DNA from: Elusimicrobia bacterium RIFOXYA2_FULL_47_53
GTDB lineage: Bacteria; Elusimicrobiota; Endomicrobiia; Endomicrobiales; XYA2-FULL-47-53
Direction: 5' to 3'
DNA length: 64,000 nucleotides
Assembly (NCBI GenBank): GCA_001800315.1
Contig: MGVE01000017.1
Coordinates: 4,942-68,941 of the forward strand
Under the pieces are notes generated by a model, which searched no databases, was not told the DNA's origin, and saw only the letters and a program-made list of their open reading frames with translations. Of this stretch, positions 47,629-59,600 are shown one piece after another. The first letter of the stretch is position 1, and the number at the start of each line of letters is the position of its first letter. The translations under genes and the position numbers were made by a program.

Positions 47629-47658
47629 TTGCTTAATTCTTACTTTTGAGAGGGTAAA

Positions 47659-50600
47659 ATGAACATTCAAAAACTTAAGCGGAAGCTGATGGAAGGCGTT
47701 GCCCGGCCGGTCTGGGGAACTCTTAACGCTCCGGTGCCGGTTCTTCTGGAAACGGCCTCGGAGTATTTTAGCTTTATCCGCGCGGTAGCTATTGTCACGG
47801 TCACATGCTTTATCGTCTCCTCAATAGCGGGGCCGGCCATTGCCCAGGTTTCGCAGGTGGCGGAGGAAAACAGAAAATACGCGCAGGTTTTTGATGATTT
47901 CGTTCTTCCCTATACGGCCGCCCGCATTACAGGAGCAAGCTATTCCGCCAGCCCCAGGGTTGTAATTCAGATACAGGACCTTCACTGTCACGGCGAAGTT
48001 CAGCGCAATATAAACAGGGTTTTAAGCCTTGTAAACGAGAAGTATCCGGTCTCAAAGATCTATCTTGAGGGCGCCTATGGTTCTGTTGACACCTCCTGGC
48101 TTAATGCCATATCTGATAAAGAAATGCGGCAGGCTGTCGTTGAATCCCTCGTGGATCAGGGCAAGCTGACCGGCGTTGAATATTTCTCCGCTTCAGGAAA
48201 CTCAGTTCCGGTTATGGGGCTTGAGGATAAGGATATATATAACGCAAACCTTTTGCGTCTTGGCAGGATACTTGATAGCCAAGCGGATGTGGATAAGGCG
48301 CTTTCAGGAATTGAGTTGGAGCTTGCAAGGCTTAAAGCCAGGTACTACAACCCTAAACAAAAGGCGCTTGACATTCTATCTGCCAAATACAGAAAGGAAG
48401 AGGTAAAAACCAACGATTTCTACCGCGAGCTTAAAAAATTAGGCGATAAAAACGGACTTGACATATACGAGTACAGGAATATGACGGCATTTCTCGGGCT
48501 TATGGAGCTTGAGAAAGAGCTCAACTACAAGAGGATAAGCCGCCAGCTGCAGGAGTTTATAATAACACTCAAACAGCGCCTTCCCTACGACGCCTACAAG
48601 GTGCTTCTTGAAAAAATGAACGATTTCTCGCGTTTAGACGAGCTCTATGTTTACCTTATTAAACTTGACCGCGATTTTAAGTTGGGACTTTCTAATACAT
48701 TCCCGAATCTGAGCACTTTTTTCGCTTATATTGACGCAAGCCAGAAGGTAAATCCAGTTAATCTCGTTAATGAAGAGAGAAGGTTTGTGCGGGAACTGCA
48801 GAAAAAGCTTTCCGCCAATGCCACCGAGAAAGAAGTGGTTTTTATAGCGGATTTCTATTCAACACTTGCGGAATACTATACAAACCGCCTGACAGCGGAA
48901 GATTATGAATACTATTTGAAAAATGAAAGAGAATTTAAGGTATTGTGGTCCAAGTATTCGGATTCCTACTATTTGTCCGGATTAGAACCCTTTAACGCCA
49001 TTCTTAACGACTACTATGTCGCCAACATTGAGCGCAACAGGCGTTTTGTCAAGAATATTCTATCGGCCTCGGATACCCCGGCTGGAACAGAGGCGTCGCC
49101 TTATGTTAATAGTGTTTCTGAAACGCTGAAATCACTGAAAAATGCGACTGAAATTGACATTGTAGTAACCGGAGGTTTCCATACTTTAGGGTTGAGCGAA
49201 CTGCTTGCGGAAAAGAATATTTCGTACCTTGTAATAACCCCTAATGTCACAAAGGACACAAAGTATGCCAGCGATGTCTATAACGCTCTGGCTAAACAAC
49301 AGTTCAAAGTTCTATTAGGAGAGGAGAGGCCTTCAACCTCGGCCCAAATCCAGGGCCAAACGACCGATCGTTTTGCTAAGAACACGCCGCAGAAAGGCGC
49401 GTTAGCGTTGCCGGTTATTTCTGGAGATGAATGGGATGCGGGTTACATCCATTCCGCCACCTTGGCTCAAGGTGGTTTAGGGGCACTTGTCAAAGCGAAC
49501 AGCGATCCGAATTCAGTCGTAGGCCAAATCAACCGTGAAATTTTAAAGGACGGCAGAATTAAGATGTCTTACAATGGCGAAAATGAGTATTCACTCCGCG
49601 ACGGCAGTTACGGTAAAATAATACAAAAATACACCGTTACTCCGGAAGGTAATGTGGAGATCGTTGGTTCAAGCGAATTCTCGTCAAAGCCCCAGGCGTT
49701 TGGCCTGACCAGCAAAACCCAGCTGATTAGCGAAGTCTATATTTCCATGCTTTCGGTAGGCGTGTCAGCCGTTCCTTTTATGAAATTAGCCGAGTACACC
49801 TTGGCTTTTCAGAATATGTCGGTAAAGGCGCTTGATAACTTAGTCGGCAAGTCAAGAAGTTATGACGGCAAAACTTTCAAAATAGTTAATGATAGCAGGC
49901 TTGAACCCGCCAGTCAAAAGGCTCTTGCCGCGCTAAAGACAAAATTGTTGGAGAGAAGAACTGAGTTAAGGCAAATTACCGAGAAATTCGCCCCGGAAAA
50001 CACAAACGGTAGAATGCCGGTCACTATCAATGTTGTAGAGGGCGATGTGCTGCCTATTGACGATGATTCTCTCGCTTTTGCTACCGTTAAACTGGATAAC
50101 GGCACGCTTGTTTTATATATCACGGAAGGGCTTTTGAAGAGTATTTCCAGGATTCCGGCCGGCGACAAGAAGGAAAGGATTATTAAGTCGCTGTTGCAGT
50201 GGGAATTGTCCGAGTATATTTATCTTAACGTGGCGGATAACGCGCTTGAAACAAAGGACGGGCTCGGCCGTGTGGTAAGCCTGACTTATCGCGATTTCTA
50301 CAATAAAGAGATGAAAGAAGCGCAGGTTAAAGGGGATAAGTGGGAGTTCGCGGAACTCTTTGCTTTTGCAGATAGGGAAAGGGCCAAACTGCAAAAGCTG
50401 GTCTATGAAGAAGCCAAGCGGGTTACATTGGTTCCGTCCACCAGAAACTCAATAGATAAAATTTCCGATCCGGTTGAAAAGAGGCAGGCTTACGCGGCAG
50501 CAATAAGGTCTGCGGTTAGAGCATGGACAATCTCGTATTTGAACGAATACAAGAAGGAGCGCGCGGGTGATTTAGTCGCGTTAGTTGGAGAAATTACTCC

Positions 50601-53600
50601 TTCAAGTTTCTACAGGAACGCCGAGAGCGATGAATATGTGTTCGCGGTTGAAGAAAATGCCAGGGCGTTATCTTTAGATGACTTGATTGCGGGGATAAGA
50701 GAAAAACTTGTCAATGATCAGCTTTTGGGGCTTGGTATCGCGAAGGGCAGTCAGGAGGAGAAGGATTTCTTTAGATTGGAAGCGAGAATACCTGAAGCTT
50801 TTTATTCTATAAGCAATGAGTTTAATAATCTTATGCCCGTTAAGGCGGTTTTAACAAAATTAGAGGGGCCGCAGGATGCATTGACGGCTGCCGAGTTAAA
50901 GAATACGGACTTAGCGCGTAGCATTCAGGTCAAAGTTGTAATGAATGAGTTGAGTGACAAGGCCAATAAAATCAAGGCCGATCTTGTCCAAAAAGTGCTT
51001 CCGGCACAGATATACCGAAATATTCCAACAGCTTCCATTTTGGATCCTCTTATTAACAGGCTGAATATTAGCCAGTCGTTTGCCAAATTCTTTACGGTTA
51101 TTCTTGCCCCGGGCTGGGAAACCATTGCCCTGTATTTCGCGTTTAACGCGTTTGGCTTTGGATGGGCGGTTCTTGGTTTTGCTTTTGCTCATACCATAGT
51201 GGACTGGGTTGTAAGAACCAATCAGGATGGATTGGCAAAGGCATTCAGCATTAATAATCTGAAAAGCGATATAAGTAAGTTCTCTGTTCGGTTGCTCCTC
51301 GCGGGCGCTTTTGTGGTTCCTTTTGAATTTTTCTCTCCTATAGCGGCCGGAGTAATAAGCTTTATTACTCACGCGGTATACAATTATGCCGTTCTCAGTA
51401 GAGGGTGGTCGCTGCCCCTGGCCTCTTTGACAACCCCAGCTTTTGATCTCAATAAAGAAAATAGAAAATTGCGGATATATAGATTCCTTGACGAAAAATG
51501 TGGCATCAGAACGGATAAGTTGAACTCTAAAGAAGTTTTCTGGAAGGACGGTGTTAGAACTAATTTATATACCTGGATAGCTCGCAGGAGACTGCTTCCG
51601 GAAAGCACATTAACTGTCGCTTGGGGCGCTGCCCTTTCTGATGCGGCCTATATAAAGAGTCTTGATAAATCTAAATTAAGAGATTTTGCGGCCCAACAGG
51701 GTATTGATATTACAAATAGCAGGCAACCATGGGCTGATGTGACAAACTTATATCAGGAAAAATCAAGATTCTTTTCTTTGCTGCGTTCGGAATTATTTGG
51801 CTCAAAAAATATGACTTTTGACGAACTTAAATTTATTCCTGTCAGGGTAAACGATAAAGGCGAGTTTGAAATCATAGAATACCTGCTTGAAACAACAGAT
51901 AAGAACGGTAACGATAAAACCTGGGTCTCTCGTGAGTTTGGATTAACTCCGTCAAAATATTATTACGATAAGAAGCTTATGAAAGTGTCAATTAGACAGT
52001 ATATTGACGGCTATTCGGCTGTTAAACAAGAATTGGATGAGAAAAATTTGTTCTATGAAGAAGAGCTTGACAGGCTGATTGAAACCGGCGAAATAAGTAA
52101 TATTGGAAGATTCGGCAATATTATAAAGCCCGCTGTGATAGCGGTAGGTACATTCTTCTCAACAATGTTTTTAAGCGGCACGAGCTATGCGGCACAGGTT
52201 ATTCAAAAAGGGGACAGCCTGTGGAAAATAGCTAAAAATCAATTGATAAATTCGGGCATTTCGTCTCCCAGAAATGCCCAGATTTCTGAAATGGTAGACA
52301 AAATAAAGGAAGTAAATCCAGCCATTAATCCTAATCTGCTAAGAATTGGCCAGGAAATAAATGTTGATGTGGCGGAAAAAGTTCAGCCGAGTGTTCAGCC
52401 GCTTGTTGAAGCTGTAGCGAATACTCCGCAGGCCGCTGAAACTGCAGCCCAGGCAGTCACAAATGTTTCAGCTAACGCAGCGCCGGCGGCTGATGTCGTT
52501 TCTCAGGCACTTCCGCAGGTAGCCGATGCCGCATCAAAACTTGCCGATTTTTATCAGGCTGTAGAGCCGGGCGCAAGGCAAGGCGCTGAAATTGCATATC
52601 CTGTCGTAAATGCAGTTCAGAATGCCGTGCCAGCCGTCAATACAGCCGTGCCTTCCGTTAACATGTTTGATTCACTGGTAACATCAATGCAATCCACAAT
52701 TTTAGATGCTTTTACATACATTCAATCTATCGGTCAGTCATATCCGTCAATTGCGGCGACAGTGGGAATAATAGCGATCGCGGTCGGAGTAGTCTTTTTG
52801 GGATACAAGGCATTCTTGCGAAATAAGGCAGTTGAAACTCTTGTTTTTAGGACAAAAGATGAGGGGCTGAGAAGTAAGAACTTAACTTGGCTGTATGAAT
52901 CTAATAGGCCAATAGCCTTAAATACTGCTGCAAAAGACTACACATTAAATAATGTCAGGGAAATAATAAAAATAAACAGGCAGAGTAAAAATGGTGTTGA
53001 AGGGTTAAGCGGTGGGAAGATAAAAGTTGATTACAGCGACTCAGTGTTGAAGCAATATTCTATTTATGAACTCTCAAGGCTTGTTGAGGAGATAATAAGG
53101 CCCCAGCTAAGCACAGGATCAAAAATCAGGCTTAGTGTGATAAACGACTTAAAGCGCGCGCCCGGAGTTTCAATCAGTCTGCTTTACAGAGTTACAAACG
53201 GAGCATTTGGAAGTGTCTCGCTTAATCTTGCGGGCCATCCCGAGGCACGGTTGTTGTACGAGCAGGCCGGCATTTTCTTTGATTCCGGTTTAATAGTTCC
53301 GTTGTTAGCCATTGGAAAAGAGCTTTATGGCGCATCTTACGAGTTCCCCGAACCTAAAGATGTCGGACAAGAAGAAAGTATGAAAGAACAGGAATCCGTT
53401 CTTGCAAAGTCTCTGGAGACGGCCAGAAGAGTAGCCGCTCAGGAAAAAAAGATAGAGAAGCCTAATGAAATGGATGCTCTCGCCTCTGAGGTTGTGACCT
53501 ATATGCACGAAAAGGCGCGCTCCGGAATTCTGCTTCCTTGGCCGGTGTTTTCATTCCTATATAAACGCGGTTTTTTCAAAAAGTCGGCAGAAAAGTTCAG

Positions 53601-56600
53601 GTACGCCGCCGAGGGCCAGCGCAGGTTTACAATGCCGGAGTTGTTGGTAAGCGGCAGGGTAGCTAAGCTCGCCTCAGTTAGGCTTGCGGCTATGGGAAAG
53701 GGTGACGCTGAAACTAAGAAAAAAGAGCTTGAGATTGAGCGCGCCAAGGCTGAGCCTGATGCCGCAATAATCAATGAACTTGAGCGTTCAATTGACATGA
53801 TTGAAGCCAATGGGAAAATTGAAGCTTTAAGAAAAGAATTAGATTCTATAAACGCCGACATTAAAAAACAGGCCAAACAGGGAGTTGACAATCCGCTGAA
53901 GGGCAATGCGCGCAAGGGTGCTATAGAGTTTGAGATTGAAAGGAGTGAATTCAATCTGCTTAATATGAAGTATCAAGTTCAGAGCGAAATTAGAAACGAG
54001 TTTATTGCTAAGTACCAGGCGCTTGCGAAAAAAGAAGTCGGCGATATGGATTTCTCTTCCTATGACAAGCTGTTTAATAATATAGTTGACAAGATTAATA
54101 TAGTTGTTAAAGCCGCCGGCAATGATAAGGATATAGCCGATTTAAGCGAGATGCTCGGCCTTCCGTTAGAGGTGGTTGTGGGAGCCATTGAAGGGCACCG
54201 TATCGGCAGCGATAAACTTTATTTGGTAAACAGGTTAATAAAAGAACTGAATAGATACGGAAGCAAATACTCCTCCGCGCTTGAGATGCTTAACTACTAC
54301 AAGTACGATGTTGAGGCAAGGGACTTTGTGGCTGGCCTTGTGAAAAACGCGGACACCATAATACCGGATTCGTTTGTAAAGTCAAATCCCGCGTATTTCT
54401 ATGAATGGTTTAGAATTTCCTTGCAGGCTTTCATGGGCCTCGGCATCTATGTGCTTCCGGCCTTAATATTTTACGGCACAGCTTTTGTGTTTATGCCCAT
54501 TCCGATTATTTTCGGGGTAATATTCGGATTGATAACCTATTATGTCGCATGGGCTCCGGCGCACAAGTTCTCTCTTCATGTGACGGGTGTTTTTGTAAAA
54601 TGGTTCGGCAGGGGCGTAAGGGGTCACGAGAGAATAAAATATATTGACAGATATATTGACGACAAATATACGGCAGATGTTCCTTTGAGGGTTTCCAATG
54701 TAATCTCAAAGATTAGTGCGAGCGAGGATGATTTTGATGTTGCAATAAAATATCTCAGGCAGACTCTTGAAAGGGATATAGCGTTACTTAAAAGGCATCC
54801 TAATAATCTTGAATTTAACATAATAATCAGGTCTGATACCAATCCGTATAAGAGCGCGAGAAACAAGGAGATTGTTGACTATGAAATGAAGGTTATGCGG
54901 GAACTTATTGAGGAATACCGTGAGGAACTTCCCAATCTCAATATAGGCTATTTTAATATGGGCGCAAGGGAATGGGTTAATAACACTAATGGCAAACTAG
55001 GTCAGGGCGGTTTTGGAATGAAAGCGGGTGGTATTGCCCTTCAGATGCAGTTGTTTGAAGAGGGATATACCAAATCAAGAATATATGTTGATGAGTCACA
55101 CGAACATTCCATGCGTGACAACCCAGTCTTCTGTGCGGTTGTTGCAACAGATCTTGCTAAGATGCTGGGGCATGAAAAATCCCATGACACGAGAGATAAA
55201 GCGGCAAGGGGTGAACTCAATGAGAGTATTCATAGAGATATTCTTGCCGGTAATGACTTAAAGCTGACAAAAGATTACGGTTACAGAGATACGCTTTCAT
55301 TGCTTTCTGATGATAAGAATATAGTGCTTGAGGTTGGAGAAACTGACAAAATGCTCGCCATAATGCTTCATCCGGCTAACAAACATATAGTTATGACAAC
55401 TCCTCACATTGTGGTAACGCCGCCATATATAGATGGTGTTCCGCAATCAAGCTGGTGGTGGAAACTTATGAAGGTCTCGCGGGATATTCATAACGAATTT
55501 AACGCCCGCCTGATGGCTAGTATTTACGGCAATGGATCTGCTTTCTTCGGGAAGGGGGTCGTAAGACAGGGTAAGTATTATCAAAATGTCTTCAAAAGAG
55601 AGACGCTTTCTATAGCCAGAATACTTTCTCATGATTGGCAGGAATCAATATTCAGTGTTTACACTGAAGCGCTCTACGGGTCACTGAATTATAGCGTTGA
55701 GATTCTGCAAAAGTCTGAAGATGAAATGCTTCTGCAGGTGAATCTTAACGACGATACCAGATTTGTTAAGATAGTTTTTGACAGAAAAAAAGGCCAGGTA
55801 GAGGTTTATGAAGAGGATTACGCAGGCGGGGATGGTAAATTTACTCTTGCGAAGGTCTTTTTGCTGAAAGATATATGCGTAAGTACCGAGTTTAACGATC
55901 TGGCCGGCATATTAAAGCTTTCGCCGGAGGCGGCCAAAGATTTTAAAGAGCTCCAGAGTAAGGAAGTTCTTAGAGTTTACGATTTAGTGTCATCTGGAGA
56001 ATTGAAGAAAGTGAAAGATGAGAAGGATAAGAAAGAGTTTATAAGTAAAAAGTTGTCTGAATTTGAAAATCTGAGAGGTGTATCTAATCTCAGTGCTGCT
56101 GAAAAAGAAAAAGCGGTAGAGAATTACAAAAATGATTTGCTCGCGGCTTTTGATAAGAAACATATTTTGGACAAGAAAATCGGGGCTCATATGGCGGAAC
56201 TGGCCGAAAGAGCGGAGATTAAATTTAATGGCGACGCCCGCAAAATCGCGGAGTATATGTTGAGAAGAGGGAACGCTTATCAAAATCAACTGCTTGCCGA
56301 ACTTAAATCGGCGGAACTGGCGAGGAATATCCCTATAATAAAAGCTCGTATGATTGATGAATTTGGCCACTTAATGACGATTGATCATGTGTCCAAGATT
56401 GTTACAAACTCTTACGGCAATTCTTACAGCATGGGAGAGCGCGATCAGCTAAATCCGCTGACCTATCTTATGAGAGATGCCAGATGGCTCCTGGGCGATA
56501 TTCAGATGGCCAGGACAGAGCTTCCATATAAAGCATTTCTACCGCCTGCCCATCAAACGCATACTGAGGGAATTATGCGGCGTTTGCTTGGGAATTCATT

Positions 56601-59600
56601 TTTCCTTGCTTTTGTCGTGCTAAGCAATTTGATATGGATCTTTCCTACGGTATTAGCTTTGCCCGCCGTGGTGCCTATTCAGGTTGCTCTAATATTAATT
56701 ACTGCGTTCGGGATTTTATATAAAGACAGGATAGGTGACCCGTTCTCGTATGCCGTAAATATGGCAAAAGCAGAAGGAAGGGAGCTTTCGTTAGTGGGTA
56801 GGGTTGTAACATATATACCTCTGTTTTTTCAAGGTATTTTTGAGATCGTTGTAACAACACTTGTTTCTTTGCTGCTGGTTGTCATTAGTCCGCTTATTAC
56901 TTTCGCGATGTATTTGTACGAAAAAAGCGGAAAAAGCCCGTCGTGGACACCTTCCTCGGTTGTTTCAACAATGGAACTTAAAAAACCTATTTCCAGAAAA
57001 GAATTTGCCGATATGTCCGCGCGGCTTGAACTTGAAGGTCTTTCAAAGGATGAGATTCAAATGTTGAGGGATTCATTAAGTAAGGAAGGTAACGAGAAAT
57101 CAGAGATAATTTCGTACATATTGCAAAGCGCGCAAAATCAGGGGTTGGATATTAAAGCGATGCAAAAAGATATTAAGAGGATAGCCGGCGGAATAAGCCA
57201 AAAGGAATACAAAGATGTGCTTTTGTTTAAAGCGGTTAAGATTGGTATTTTTGCCGTTCTGACTTTCGGTGTGTTTATATGGCTTGGCGTAACCCCGGTA
57301 ACGGCATTTTCGGTTTATGGCATTTTGCCACTTTCATTTTCTTTGCTTGGGGGTATGCTGGCAATGAGATGGGCTGGACAGGTAAGAGCGTATTCTTCTT
57401 CCAGTACTCCGCTTTGGAAAAAAGGAGTAGCTTCAGCGGTTTTGGTTTCCATAATGGCTGGTAGTGTAGCCGGAGTTATGACGGCAAGGTCTGTGCCCAC
57501 TTACGATAAAAGCATGATTGAAAGAGCTTTGCCGCTGCTTTCAGAGAGCCCGGAAAGATATGGGTATAGCGAAGAGGTAAAAAAAGCCTTTGACCAAGTG
57601 AAGGAAAGCCAGGCCAGGGCAAATGCTTATGTGCCGAAAAGTACCGTGCCGGGCATGGCGCTCTCCGGGAAGATTAGCGATGTAGCGGCAGCTCAGGTAC
57701 CGCTGACAAAAGTTGAGGCCAAACCCGGGGTAGTAATGACCAAGCCTGCCGCCAGTGTTGATGTGGTCCTTCCGCCTATAAATGCCAAGGCCGGAAGAAT
57801 CAATACTGTTAGGGAAGTTTTTAGTGCTGATCTTTTGAAATTCATGAAGTATGCTAAAGTGAGAGCTGAAAGAAAGCCTCTCTCGGAAATATCGCTTCCT
57901 GATGAAGAAATAAAAAGAGGCGGCGGTGGCGAGTTGATTAAGACAGGCGCTGCGCTTGGTTTTAAAAGAACTCAAAAAAGTATTGCGTGGGCTGCCGTTC
58001 AAACCGTGGCAGCTTCGTTCTCGTCTTATATTGGTATTGGAATAAACCTGATTTCTAAGGTGGAAGCTATTGCTGTTATATGGGAGTACGGCGATAAATA
58101 TCCATGGCTTTCTCTGACCGGCGATATCTCGTCAACTGTTTTCTGGTCTGAATCGCGGTTGTATGCCGACAGGAGTATGGAGGATTTTGCCAGAATATAC
58201 AGGTGGGATGATATTGCCGCCATGTGGAAAGCTGGGGTGGCGGAAGATATCCCGGGTTATGAACGATATGAATACCTTCAGACAGCCGTTGTGACATTGC
58301 ATTACGCCGGACTGCCTGTTACCGAACAAAATGTGAATAAGTTTCTGGGCCATTTTACAAAAGAAAATATAAATAAATTGGTCGCAAAATATCCTGCTTT
58401 GGAGAACTCATTAAGGCCGTATCAACTGCTTCCGGAAAAAGCCAGGACAGGCATTAAACTTTTCGGTATACTGAACCTGCTTCTTCCTCCGGGTATGGGC
58501 GTCCAGTTGCCGACTGATCTGCCGGTAATTACTTTAGCGCAGGTGGCACACCAGGTTATTTCCGGGGACTCGGGCACCGTGGAGGTATTGACGGCGCTGG
58601 CAATAGCAAATGATATGACGCTTGAGTCGCTGCTTGATAGAATGGGTTTTGGGTATGTAAACGAGGCTATTGATAAGAAATGGGCTGTCAATGAAAAGGT
58701 TTTTGCCGAGTATGTAAACAGGTTCCAATCAGATATGAAGATGCAGGGTCTGGAAAAACCCGAAGATTTCATGAAACCTGAATCCGTCACATTGTCTGCA
58801 CATATGGCGAATTATCAGATGGTTGAGGCTGTTTGGGACACTCTTGTAAATGAAGGTTTGCGTTCGGGCCGTCCGTCTAACAACGAAATAAGGGAAATAG
58901 GCGAAAAACTGAATAATAATATGGTTGAGATGTGGGATATTTTCAGTGTCTGGGAAAGAGGGGGTAAGGAAAAGTATCCAAAAATATTTAAGCAGGCAAT
59001 GATCTCTAAGGGTGTTGCTGATCAATATGCGATGAACATGTATCTGGCGATGGAGTTAGCAGGCAAGGATAAGACGGTTCAGGAAAAGGCAAAGCAAGAT
59101 TATCTTATGCTGTTGAAAAAACTTCAGTTTGATCCCGCGCTTGCTGTTTATAATCAATATGGTTTTGTTGAAGAAGGTATTGTTAATGATTTGATGTTTA
59201 TGAATGAAGTGGGCCGTAGAAAGCTTTCTTATGACCCGCGGAGTGACGAGGCGAATAATAAGGATTTGATTGAGAATATAAATAAAACTATAAATGGGCA
59301 GCGGTTTGAGGCCAAACAGCTTACGGCCTTGTTGTGGCTGGCTTCTCTTGATGAGGAGCTTAGGGCGAATGGCTTTGTTCATACTGATGAAAATGGCAAT
59401 AAAAAATACGCGGAATATGAGGTTAAAACTTCTGACAGGGGGAATGTGCTGATAAAAGTTACGCCCTTAAATGCCGCTAAGACATATTTGGAATTGTATG
59501 GTCAGGGTGTGAGGTCTTATCCGGATATTCCATGGTCAAAGGTTGTGGGAAGCTATCTCATGCTTTTTTACCACGGTCATTTTGGAAAAGTTAGTGACCT

